A stretch of 63,384 nt of DNA, filler included, from Hyphochytrium catenoides (taxonomy: Eukaryota; Protista; Hyphochytriomycota), in the NCBI GenBank assembly GCA_900088475.1. It is 8 parts of 8 records of this genome, joined end to end, with 100 filler letters (N's around TTAATTAATTAA, not from the genome) between each part and the next. Parts side by side here need not be neighbours in the genome. Positions count along the whole stretch, not along the records: positions 1 to 23,649 come from FLMG01004455.1; 7 more parts are not named here. One strand, written 5' to 3'. Under the pieces are notes generated by a model. It worked only from the letters and a program-made list of their open reading frames with translations, searched no databases and was not told the DNA's origin. Positions 1-10,707 of the stretch are shown one piece after another. How positions within the stretch are numbered: the first letter of the stretch is position 1; the number at the start of each line of letters is the position of its first letter. The position numbers and the translations under genes were made by a program.

Positions 1-956
1 ATGATGATAAGGAAGGAGCAGCTCCGCCCGCGGCTCCTCCTCCTCTGATGGCGGCCACTGTCGCCATCTCTTCATGTGCAGTCAAGATGCCCAGCCATCA
101 GATTCTGATCCGCCTTCTTTCTTCCCTATGACGAGCATCATCCTCGTGCCAAGCTGCATGAAAAAACGACGAAGAGAATCAAGGAGGGAACAGCAGCCAG
201 GCGGCCCGGCCCGACCGTGCGGCCAGAGATCCAAAGCTCTCCTCGCCGTCAACAGAGCAGAGAGAAGGAGCGAAGGAGCTTATGGCTCTTGACAGACAAG
301 ACAATAGCTTCAAACGAAGGAGGAGTACAGCGGGGGCGGACAGCCAAGCGCGCCACAAGCACGCAAGGCCAAGGCCAAGGCCCAGGGCCAAGGCCAGGCA
401 AGCTGAAAGGAGGAAGAAGAAGCAGCAGCAAGGAGCAAGGAGCAAGTTTGGACGTCGTGGACACCATCATCAGTAACTTCCTCCGCCCGCCCTGCCGCCG
501 ACAAGAAGCTTCTTGACAGTCTGTCAAAATGAAGGTCAAATTGACGTGAAGAAAGCAGCGGCAGCATTAGGAGAGGAGGAGGAAAGGAGCTGCCTTCCAC
601 GGGCTTCATGATGTCCTCCTCCTCGCACCTGTTCTTCTTCTTCCTCAGTCAGGGAGAACAGCTGTCCAAAAGCTTGGTAAGCAAGGGCAGTGGTCCTACC
701 TCCGTCTGGGCAGAGGAAGAAGAAGAGACGTTAGGCTGTGGCGGCCAAGGCTGGGCTTGCCACTGTGCGAAAGGGCTGGGGGAAGACGAAGAGGAGGAGG
801 AAGGGTTCCAATCGTGCTGAGCGATGGATCTTCTTCTCTCGCTCTGCTGATGAGGGAGGAAGATGGAGTTCGATAAGGGCGATAGACTGTCCTACCGCCG
901 CCTTGATCATGACGGGAGGCACATCGTTGTAAGCTACTGCTGTTGATAGTACTGCC

Positions 957-1002
<46 letters not shown>

Positions 1003-1058
1003 GTCTCTCTCTCTCTCTTCCCCTTTCTTGCCTAGTTCGTCCTCCCTTCCAAGAGACT

Positions 1059-1110
<52 letters not shown>

Positions 1111-2327
1111 CTCTCCCCTCGTCTTATCGCTCTCTTGCTTGTCCTCCCAGAGGGACTGATTGACACGCAGACATAGCATCATCCTCAGAAGTGGCAGGCT
1201 AGGACCAAAGGATCTCACCATCAGCGGGAGCTCCAAAGCAGGACATTTCTTACCCTTTCCAGAGCTCAGAGAAGCCTCAGCTCTCGCTGCTGCCGCTAAA
1301 GCCGCTGCCACCGCTGCTGATACATCTTCCCTCAGAGTGAGCAAGCATCAGAAGTGACTCGACCAAAAACGTACAACGACAGTCTTACCCTTGTCCGCCC
1401 CAATAGGAAAGAAAGATGGGATCTTGAGACGAGCAGGTGCCATGTCTCCTCTTCTCTCTCTCTCTCCCTCGTCCCCCTCGAGCCGCGCTTGTCTTCCCTT
1501 TAGACGATGAGCTGACAGGTGACCAGACATCCCTTGTTCTCTTCTTCCTTCCTTCTAGATCAGTAACGGAAGAAGGACGACCAGCTCCACAGCGGAGGAC
1601 AATCAGAACCGCTGCCGTTCTCTTGTTCAGCAAAGGACAAGCTCAAGGCCAGCAGGTGTGCTCTTGTTCTTTGTTGAGGCATAGTAGCGACCTAACCAGC
1701 AGGACTGGACGGAGGAGAGTCCAAAGAGGAGGAGCGGCGACAACTGTCTTGTCTGCTATGATCCATTATCATCCTTTCTTCTTTCTGATGGTTAGCATGA
1801 CGCTTCCAGCCCTGACACTATTATGTCTCTTCTCTCAACGAGAGTGCAGGAGTTTCTGCTTGGGACTGGGTGGTAGGAAGACCAAGCCTCTTTCGCCTTC
1901 TTCTTCTTCGTCGTCCCAAGGGCGCAGGTTGTCAGACAGTAGAGGGAGTCAGTGCTTCTGCGGAGGGTAACTGGCTATCGCTTGATTATCGCCGACCAAA
2001 GCAGCGGGCGAAGAATCCAGACAATCTTACGGAGAGAAACGAGAAGCAGATAGGAAGAGGAAAGGACAACTGGCGGTTGGAAGTGTAGGTTATCAGGAGC
2101 GTAGCTGTCAGTGTCGACAGCAGCAGCACCTGGCTGGCGTCAGAAGCCAAGCAAACAAGAGGACAACCTTCCGAAGCTGGCACATAGAAAGTGGCAGCAG
2201 CAGTACATTTATTGACCGAAGGGGATTCTCTTCTCCACACCGGCGGCGCGTCTCCTCTTCATCAGGGGACGCGGCAGTAGGGAGGAGGGCATCTCCTAAG
2301 CACATTATCCGTTGGCGCAAGAGCCTC

Positions 2328-2342
2328 TCATTCCCACTTTTC
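2328..2342 (+). promoter_or_regulatory. Oomycete-type Inr+FPR core promoter upstream of the GH18 gene
   Basis: TCATTCCCACTTTTC matches the oomycete YCAYTYBNNNWTTTY initiator/flanking promoter region consensus, about 160 nt upstream of ATG 2489. Confidence 0.6.
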
Positions 2343-2488
2343 CAGCCTCCAGGTCATTCCCAGCCCACCAAGAAGAGAGCCTCCCCCGTCCGTCCAGCCT
2401 GGACCAAGCTCGAGAGACTCGACAACTGAGCTCAATCAGCAGCATCGTTCCAAAGCCCAACAACGTACGGACCGTCCGCACTGCGACC

Positions 2489-3745
2489 ATGAAGCTCTCA
2501 CATCTTCTTGCAGCCTTTGCATGCGCTGCCACTCTCCTCGTTGAGGCTCCTGAGCCTTGCATGGGCATGTTCTTCAGCCCCTACAAGGATGTCACGGTGA
2601 ACATGGACTGGAACACCAACGTTATATCTACCGCGGTCCGAGGGTCAAGAGAGACGTTGCTCCCCGTGTTATCCCAAAGCGGCTTGGACACAGTGACCTG
2701 GGCTTTCGCTACTGGCGTCTGTGGCAGTGAGACATGGGGCGGCATAGCCCCTGATGCCCTTGCGTCGTCCAACATCCAGGCGTGGGCTGCGGCTGGGAAG
2801 AAGTACATCATCTCCACCGGCGGTGCCGCAGGATCATTCAAATGTCCGACAGACGCGGCATTCCTGAAGTTCATTGAGAGGTATCACTCCTCTGGCCTCG
2901 TAGGGATCGACTTTGATATCGAAGGAGGCGTCAGTCAACAAGATATTCAAGACCTTGTCCAGCGTATCAAAGCTGCACGAGCGCGCTATCCTGATCTCAG
3001 GTTCAGCTTTACTCTCGCCACGCTGGGAGGAAATAGCTCCCCTAACTTGGGCACCCTTGGCGTTATGGCTGTCAATGCAATCAAGGAGAACGGACTCACG
3101 GACATCGCCTTCGTCAATCTGATGGCTATGGACTATGGCTCTGCCAGCCCCAGCACGTGCATTGTAGAAAATGGCAAGTGCGAGATGGGGAAGTCTGCCG
3201 TACGAGCAGCGAAGAGCCTGCATGAGGACTTTGGCATACCCTACTCTCAGATTGAGGTCACGCCGATGATCGGGGGCAATGACTCTCCTGGCCAAACCTT
3301 CACCACTGGCGACGTGCAGACTCTCGCTAACTTTGCAAAGGAGGTTGGACTAGGAGGAATCCACTTGTGGTCGCTGGATCGTGACCGTGACTGCCCTCCA
3401 GGCAGCGCGTCACCCATATGCAACACCTATGGACAGGCAGGAACTCTAGGCTTTATTCAGGCCTTTCAAGCGAGCCTTAATGGAGGTGCCAACGACAAGC
3501 CACCATCTACCAAGCAACCATCTCCAGCGCCTGGGCCATCACCTTCATCAGCGCCAACCACCCCGACAATGACGCCTCCTCCGGCTCCAGCTCCAAGTGA
3601 TGGGAAGCCCACAGAAGAGTGTGCGAAGGCAGGATGCGCCAAGGGCTGTCTTTGGACTTACCCGACAGGAACGCAATGCTTCCAAGACTATCCGCGAGAA
3701 AGCTGCGAGCTCTATATGAAGTTTGGATACACCTGGTGCCCATGA
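2489..3745 (+). CDS. Secreted GH18 chitinase (PF-ChiA-like catalytic domain), Pro/Thr linker, C-terminal 6-Cys module; intronless, 418 aa
   Basis: Signal peptide MKLSHLLAAFACAATLL from ATG 2489 (ORF track starts at an upstream TTG); motifs FSPYKD, TWAFATG, ISTGGA, catalytic GIDFDIE (DxDxE), NLMAMDYG, TPMIGGND, HLWSLDRD. Confidence 0.9.
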   Translation: MKLSHLLAAFACAATLLVEAPEPCMGMFFSPYKDVTVNMDWNTNVISTAVRGSRETLLPVLSQSGLDTVTWAFATGVCGSETWGGIAPDALASSNIQAWAAAGKKYIISTGGAAGSFKCPTDAAFLKFIERYHSSGLVGIDFDIEGGVSQQDIQDLVQRIKAARARYPDLRFSFTLATLGGNSSPNLGTLGVMAVNAIKENGLTDIAFVNLMAMDYGSASPSTCIVENGKCEMGKSAVRAAKSLHEDFGIPYSQIEVTPMIGGNDSPGQTFTTGDVQTLANFAKEVGLGGIHLWSLDRDRDCPPGSASPICNTYGQAGTLGFIQAFQASLNGGANDKPPSTKQPSPAPGPSPSSAPTTPTMTPPPAPAPSDGKPTEECAKAGCAKGCLWTYPTGTQCFQDYPRESCELYMKFGYTWCP

Positions 3746-3899
3746 TGGGGCAGAGAAGAGAAGAAGCGAGGCGGTGAGATGAGCTTATTATAAAGATAAT
3801 AAAGAAGGAAGAAGCCTTCTGCATTGAGAATGCTCTCTGACTAACAGCAGCGTAGCGTTCATGATGACTGGCTAGGGAGGCTCTGCTTGGTCCTTGAAG

Positions 3900-6340
3900 C
3901 TTCTTAACTACCTGAGTGGTGATTGAGAGCTAGAGGGCCGCTGAGGTTTGAGGGCGGGACCTGCTCAATGTCCCTAGTGACTCGTAGAGTGAAGAAAGAT
4001 AGTGAGCATGTGGCCAGCACCGTCCTGAGCCTCATAGTAGCGTTTAGCGGTGGCGGTGGTGGCGGCCCCGTCTTTGCTGGGGACGACGCTTGCTCCTTCA
4101 TTGTGCTGCCAAGACAAGTGCTTCCGTCTCTAACTAGAGTGGTCTGCTGATCTGTTGAGCTCGTTTAGGAAAGGCTGAAGCGATGAGATGGAGGCTCAAG
4201 AAGAAGAAGAAGAAGAAGTGGAGTGAGAAGTGAGTCGTTTCTATTATCCTTCTTCCACTATGCTTTATGATCAACCTCGACATGACTTGCGCTGGGCAAT
4301 GTGCGAGCCGTAGGACCCTAAAGATAAGCTGCTCAGGATGCCGCTGGCTGTTGGAGACGCGGTCCTCAAGCATGAGCGATGGGACTTAGAAGTTGAAGCG
4401 TTAGCAGATTGAAGTCAGAGATATTTCCTTCTTCCAGCTCAGCCGTCATGGCATCACAAGGAAGTCACGGCAGTGGATGATGATCGAAGGGTTGGAGTCA
4501 AGACACGTAAGCTTCTTCTTGAGGTCCAAGGCTTGTAGAGAGACTTTCTCTTCTGCCTTGTCATCGCTTCTCTTGCTAGGTCATATCCTCTAGCTAGACC
4601 ATCAGATACCGCCTACAGGGTCAATGTCCTCTGTTTCTTATCGCTGCCGTCCTTTGTTCACGCCGCCGCTGATGGTGTCTGGATGCCACTGATGTTAGCG
4701 CTGATAGATCCCCGCTCCTCAGTGATGAGGCTGAGAAGCATGAAGCACTGTCCAAGCCAAAAGTAAGTCGGCCTCTTCTGTCCAAGCAACGGGCCTGAGC
4801 CACTAACGAGCCTTCACTCTTCTTTCTTTCATCACCTGGGACTGCGGGCTGCTTCTCATCAGCCACCAGCCTTACGAGGCCTCCAGCAGCAGCAGCACAC
4901 GCATCCTGGCACGGGATGTTCGTCCTACTATTAGCCTCTTCTTCCGTTGCTGAGATAGACGGTAGAGAGAGCTCGGTAGATTAGAAGGAGGAGATGGACG
5001 TAAGAAGAGATTCTGGCAGGAGAAGGATAACAAAGGTTACACAGAAGAGTTGCGACATCTCTTCATCCCTCCGAGCACTTACCAGCAAGACACGCCGTCC
5101 GCACGATCTGCCTGCACGGGAAGAGCAGCAGCCTGTCTCTCTGCCTCGCGTCCTCCAGATCTCTAGGACCAGCTGCTGCTTCTGCTGGCTGGGCAGAAGA
5201 GGGAAGGAAGAAGATTCCTACTAGCTTCCTTCGTTCATCAATGGTGCCTGTCCTTCTTTGGCACTTCCAGTCCAAAAGGCCGATATCTACCTTCTCCTTC
5301 TTCTTCTTCTAGAATCATCTGAAGTCCTGCAGCCGTTGCTGCCAGCAAAGGTCTGAGGACGATTGAGAGCGGGCTGCTGGGACTCTATAAAACGATGAGG
5401 TTCCTGGGTCAAAGAGAAGGAGGAGTGACAGCGATAAACTAGAGAAGAGCAAGATCCTTGAGGTCTCTCTCCAGCTGCCTTGGATACGGGCTGCTGCTTC
5501 CTGATACTGTTGGAGGGCGAAGAAGGGCGGAGGATAGGACAGCCCGGGTCGGACAGAGGATGGACATAGAGAAGGAAGTCAACCGACGACTAAGATGGAT
5601 GCAGAACTACGGGTCGGACAATGCTGGCCAAATCTCTTGGAATGATAGGTGCGCTTCTGTACCTTCTTACAGAGAGAGAGAGCGAGAGAGAGCGCGCGAG
5701 CGAGAGAGAGAGAGAGAGAGAACGATGGAGATGCTTGCAGCGGTCCCAAAGCATCAACAGGTTGCCTCCAATAATTCACATCTGAGGGCCATAAATGACA
5801 AGGAGAGGAGCCGCTTCTCTCATCTCGTCCCGAACAATGTTCGATGTTGAGCCTCTGCCCTGCCTTTGCCTTTTGGCCTTTCAGACTTCTAAACAGCAGC
5901 GCTGAGGCCGCCTAAAATGTGGCACAGCGGCCCGAAGGCAAGCCATGAGACGATGAAAGAGTTCGTCCATCAGCAGCATCATCGTTATATTGCCTGCCTC
6001 GCCTGCCTCGCCTACACTGTGGCACAAGCTGCCTGAACGGAGATGTCGATGGAGATGCGAGAGGTTTAATGACCTGCTTGCTGACACTGCAGGCCAAAAA
6101 TGGACTAACATCATAAGAGTTTCCCTATCGAACAGCAGGGACAAAGACTCCACGTCCTTCTGGCCGGTCCTTGTGCTTGAGAAGATGCGCATGATCCTTG
6201 TTCATGAGCTAAATAAACAGGGAAAGCCAGTGCTTCATGGGCTTGTTGATCCTTCTTCACCAGCACTTCTTCCTCCCGCCTCTGGCTGCTGGGTGGTGCC
6301 CTGCTGGTGCTGCAGTGCCAGCCGTGGATCTGATGCTTGA
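3900..6340. pseudogene. Degenerate ORF fragments resembling plant-type F-box/F-box-associated genes
   Basis: Minus strand HPEQLIFRVLRL..SRLII..RRII (~4345-4225), AAAAGGLVRLV (~4900-4862), GYDLARE (~4590-4565); plus strand LWHKLPE..RWRCERFNDLL (~6017-6080); broken by stops and frameshifts. Confidence 0.3.
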
Positions 6341-6859
6341 TGCTGCAGAATCATCAGCCTTCTTCGCCTTTCTTTGTCGCCATCGTTCCCTTCCTTAACC
6401 TTCTCCTGCTGATGCGCTTTTCTGTTTCCCTGGCAGAACAGACAAGATGCGCTGACTATGGGCCGAGGACAGCGGGCGGGGCTTAGGCTTGTCACTATGT
6501 CCTGGGTGCAGAGAAGCCACAGCCCGCCGTGACCTCTTGGTAGGACGGCAGGGATGATGATGACGGTCATCATCATCATCTTCAAGCGTGAGGAGACAGA
6601 AGAAGGAAGGAAAGGATCTGCTGGTGGATTTCTTAGCGAAGGATTGGATTCAGGAAGAGGGTTCCTCTTAAGGTCTCGCCGCGGTGGTCTTTGCGTGCTG
6701 TCAGCGTGCTGCAGATACCAAGCACGTAGCAGCTGAAACTTTCTTCTTCCTTTGGCTGTCATCAGGATCTTTGCCATGCAGCTCTTCCTGGTTGCAGAGA
6801 GGAAAGACGGCACTTCATGGCGAGTGTCTTGGTAGGACTTTGGGATCTGGAAAAGAAGA

Positions 6860-7220
6860 AAGACGGTGCTTTCTTCATGTTCGGACCAGGTTCTTGGATT
6901 GCAGATGGACTTCTTCGTCTCAGCGAAGGAAACTGTGCGTCATCAGGACCGCAGCCGCGGTGTTAAGGCAAAGGCGAGCTTTCATCTGGCGCGTCCAGGT
7001 GATGTCAAGAGTAGAGCCATCAGCCCTTGTTGATGATCTCTCGCTGGATAGTATGTACATTGTCCAAGGATATTGTCCTTGCAATGTGGCGGATGATCTG
7101 GCGACATCATGCTTCGGACAACGCATTGAGCCTGCTGATCCTTTGTGCTTTATAGATGGCGGCCGCGGGCTGGTTGATTGTGGCCGCGGGCTGGTTGATT
7201 GTGGCTCGGCCGTGATCATC
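6860..7220 (-). pseudogene. Decayed ORF of unknown origin with an internal 21-bp duplication
   Basis: Reads DDHGRATINQPAATINQPAAAIYKAQRISRLNALSEA*CRQIIRHIARTISLDNVHTIQREIINKG*WLYS*... with in-frame TGA/TAA stops. Confidence 0.3.
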
Positions 7221-7633
7221 ATCACTTGCTCGCTAGTCTTTGTGCTACTTTCCATTTGGATCTTCTTCCTGCTGCATCTCTTTCTCCGGCGATGTCACTC
7301 CTTGCCACTGGTGCCTCAGGATCTTCTAGAAAGGAAGAACTAGCTACCTCTTCTAGAGCAATCCATCGACTAAGCTCCTGCCCCGCCCTGACTGCTTGCA
7401 CTTGAACTTGCCTTTTGCCCATCAGAGCTCTTTAATCCTCTATCCCTTCTCGACGTCTACAGAGCTTGACTCAGTTGTTGACAGGTATATGCTATGGCGT
7501 TTTTTCTCGCGTTCTTACGGCCTGCCTGTTGCTTGCCGTCTCTCTCTGTCGGACGGAGAGCTGGGACTCTCTCTGCCCAGTTCCTGGTGAGCCTCAGGTC
7601 AGAGGAGCCCAACAGCAAGCAGCTAAGCCATCA

Positions 7634-7648
7634 TCACTTCTCAATTTC
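7634..7648 (+). promoter_or_regulatory. Oomycete-type Inr+FPR core promoter upstream of the kissper-GH26-DPBB gene
   Basis: TCACTTCTCAATTTC matches YCAYTYBNNNWTTTY, about 130 nt upstream of ATG 7776. Confidence 0.6.
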
Positions 7649-7775
7649 ATTGAGATTTAGCAGGTCGACAATCGACAAGCGAGGCAAGACACCTTGTCCA
7701 GCATCATTTACCAGCCAACCATAGCAGCAAGCCACATCGACTAGGCAGAAGCACGGCAGTCTGCAGCATCGCCCC

Positions 7776-9284
7776 ATGAATATCAAAGAGTTGCTTCTCG
7801 TTGCGGCTCTCGTTGCCACTTCGGCATCGTCTGCCTTTGCTACCCGAGACCAACCAGGAGGAGCTCGTGGCGGCTTTAGGCATCGACAACTTCTCGAGGA
7901 CTGCTATGGACCGTGCTCTAGTCACGATGACTGCAGCGGTCAGCTAGCCTGCATGGGCGGCGTCTGCAACGACGATCCTGACATGGGAACCCACATATGC
8001 AAGCCCTCACCACCCTCACCAACTGGGGCGCCAAGTCCTTCTCAACCTCCGTCTCCAGGTCCTGTCACCAAGAAGGAAGAGCTCATCCGCTTCTTGAAGA
8101 CTGGACTGGGTAACCACATCATCTCTGGTCAGCATAACAAGCTCAATGCTGACCCTCTGAGCTATACAAGGCGTATCACGGAGGTCACGGGCAAACATCC
8201 TGGCTTGTGGGGCGGAGACTTCCTCTTTGATGGCGATGACAACCGCCAGCGCATGATTGACGAAGCTATCCGTCAGTGGAAAGCTGGGTCTCTCGTGGCT
8301 CTGACTTGGCACACTTGCCCTCCTACCATGGGCGACCGGTGCCAGTGGGACGGTGATGTCAACGGTAGCCATCTCGATGATGATGAGTGGCGTGAGCTAG
8401 TCAAGGACGGAGGTCGGCTAAACAAGGCGTGGAAACAACGTTTGGACCTCATCGTTCCGTACCTGAGACAGCTTGAAAAGGCCGGAGTCATCCCAATCTT
8501 CAGACCTATCCACGAAATGAATGACGACTGGGCCTGGTGGGGCGGTCGCCCTGGACCCAGCGGCAGTCGGCGCCTCTATGAGATCACTTACGACTATCTG
8601 GTGGGCGTGCATGGATTCAAGAACATGGTCTGGACGTGGAATGTCAAGGACAAGAACACGTGGAACATCCAGGAGTACTTCCCAGGATCCAAGTACATGG
8701 ATGTTGTCTCCTTGGACGTGTGGATGCAAAAGTACCCGACGGACGAGGACTATCAAAAGCTGCTCTCCTTGGCCGGGGACAAGCCTATCGCTCTCGCAGA
8801 GGTCGGGCACTTCCCAACCACCAGCGTGCTCCAAGCGCAACCAAAGTGGACCTGGTTCATGCTCTGGTCTGAGTTCCTTGACCCTCTCTCTGATGAAGAG
8901 ATCAGCGCAGTCTATCATCAACCTCGCATCTGGTCCCGTGGGGACTTCAAGATCTCTTCTTCACGCAGGACCCTCCGCCGTCTGGCGGAGTACTCAGGGG
9001 ATGCCACGTACTACTATGTAGGCCTAGGAGCCTGTGGCTGGGATAACACTGACGATGAGTACGTGGCGGCGCTGAACGGCGCGCAGTTCGGAGATGTGCC
9101 TGGATCCTCTGAGTGGTGTGGCAAGACAGTCACGGTCACGGGTCCCACGGGCACAGTTGACGTTAGGATTGTGGACAAGTGCCCTGGATGCAGCTATGGT
9201 GACCTAGACCTCAGTCCAGCAGCTTTCCAGGCCATCGCTGGGGACCTTGACCTCGGCCGTGTCCGTATCACTTGGCATGACTGA
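7776..9284 (+). CDS. Secreted multidomain protein: kissper-like Cys module + Pro linker + GH26 beta-mannanase-type domain + C-terminal double-psi beta-barrel (RlpA/expansin/barwin-like); intronless, 502 aa
   Basis: Signal peptide; CYGPC..DCSGQLAC.GG.CNDDPDMGTHIC (7902-8000); GH26 motifs SGQH, LTWH, FRPIHEMN (acid/base Glu), WWG, YFPG..YMDVVSLD, IALAEVG (nucleophile Glu), WFMLW; DPBB GDATYY..GLGACG..VAAL..CGK..IVDKCPGC..DLDLSPAAF..GRV.ITW (8991-9281). Confidence 0.9.
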   Translation: MNIKELLLVAALVATSASSAFATRDQPGGARGGFRHRQLLEDCYGPCSSHDDCSGQLACMGGVCNDDPDMGTHICKPSPPSPTGAPSPSQPPSPGPVTKKEELIRFLKTGLGNHIISGQHNKLNADPLSYTRRITEVTGKHPGLWGGDFLFDGDDNRQRMIDEAIRQWKAGSLVALTWHTCPPTMGDRCQWDGDVNGSHLDDDEWRELVKDGGRLNKAWKQRLDLIVPYLRQLEKAGVIPIFRPIHEMNDDWAWWGGRPGPSGSRRLYEITYDYLVGVHGFKNMVWTWNVKDKNTWNIQEYFPGSKYMDVVSLDVWMQKYPTDEDYQKLLSLAGDKPIALAEVGHFPTTSVLQAQPKWTWFMLWSEFLDPLSDEEISAVYHQPRIWSRGDFKISSSRRTLRRLAEYSGDATYYYVGLGACGWDNTDDEYVAALNGAQFGDVPGSSEWCGKTVTVTGPTGTVDVRIVDKCPGCSYGDLDLSPAAFQAIAGDLDLGRVRITWHD

Positions 9285-9499
9285 GCATTAGTTATAAGGA
9301 TGACGGGCAAAGCCGCCCAATCGGCGATTTCGGGGAGAGAGAAAGATTCTTCGTAGAGGCAGGGAGAGGGCTGTGCAGCGTGGCTCTAGGGCTGTCGTTG
9401 GGAGACACTCTGAACAGCCAGTTAGCTGGTGATGAGCTCTAAGAAGCAAAGTATTAACAATGATTGAATGGAAACCACTACCTCGTGTGCTAGGTTATT

Positions 9500-10250
9500 C
9501 GCTATTGAACTCCTCTTCATCCTTCTAATCCACCTCTTCAATGGTTGCCATGCGCTGGAAGCATCTCACTGCTGCTTGCTTGGCTCGCGTCGTTAGCTAT
9601 AGGAGCTCGTCCTCCCTCGCCTCTGAACCTAAAGAAGAGCACGGCTCCATGAACCCTGACCATCCTCTTTTGATCCTCTAGGAAGCGGTGCGTCTGCTCT
9701 CTGAGCAACAAGAAGCTTACACCTTGATATATTGTAGGAGTTAGGACGAACTGCTTCTAGGACCAGCCTATGAGCGTCGCCTCTCAGAGACACACCGCCA
9801 TTGCTAGCAAGCACCTCGGACCTCCAGCCAACTCTTATGTGCCAGCATCCTGTACGTGGTCACCCCACGGCAGACCTTGTCGCCTAGCAGGGCCGTCAAA
9901 AGACGTTGAATGGGCGGGTCAGTTCCTTTGAAGCTGCTGCTTTGCTCGCCTTAAGTGCCAGCCAGTTTGGCTGGAAGCTACGCACCGCGATGCCTGTCGT
10001 CATCGACATGTCCCCGCTATCATTGTTCCCGTCTCTCTGTTGACTTACTGGCAATTCACTGGGAGATCCTTCCCCATCCCTGCGAATAGTCCGTCCGTCA
10101 CAGACGAGCCGCGATAGCCGCAGTTATGCCATCTCATTGGCTTCATGAAGTCTAGGGAGCAAGGGCTCTTGGTCCACTTCTCCTCTCCCCAGCACATCTT
10201 CAACGAGGTCTGAGTGATGGAGATGAAGCGCTGGACCGATGCCTCTCAGA
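9500..10250 (-). pseudogene. Degenerate ORF fragment resembling the beta-propeller part of plant F-box proteins
   Basis: EEKWTKSPCSLDFMKPMRW..SSVTDGL (~10200-10080) resembles the W..LSLDFL...ASSGGL pattern; many stops downstream. Confidence 0.25.
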
Positions 10251-10562
10251 GAGAAAAATCTGCAATAAATCTTCAAAGAAGCCCGTTAGCCGCCTCCTAA
10301 AGGCGTGAATGTTGAAGCTTTATCGCGTTTCTGTTTATTATGAGTCTCCTTGGGAACGTTGCGAAGCATTGGCATTGCCCTTCTCCGTCTGTCTCTTTGC
10401 GGTGCCTGTCCACTTGATGTGCCTTGGGCAGGGGCTGGCCCTCTCTTCTCTTGCATCATCCATCAACAGCAGCAGCAGCCGCAATCGCCGCGGCCCTTGT
10501 GACGTCTCTGTTTATCTTTCTGCCTCCAAATCCTCCCGGTGACCTTGTGTTGTCACCTTCTG

Positions 10563-10615
<53 letters not shown>

Positions 10616-10707
10616 TTCTCTCTCTCTCCCTCTTTCTTTCTCTCTCTCTCTCTTTCTCTCTCTGTCTCCCTGTCACACCGCTCTCTCTTCAGCTTTCAAG
10701 GGAAGCG

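Noticed and set aside
2312-2488. 59-aa N-terminal extension of the GH18 ORF from TTG 2312
   Set aside because: Eukaryotic gene; the Inr-FPR lies inside this stretch and ATG 2489 begins a clear signal peptide
1-10300. Endogenous giant-virus or prophage segment (intronless glycosidases among decayed ORFs)
   Set aside because: No capsid, packaging ATPase, polymerase or other viral hallmark was recognised, and the hydrolases have signal peptides and host-type promoters; cannot be fully excluded without a search
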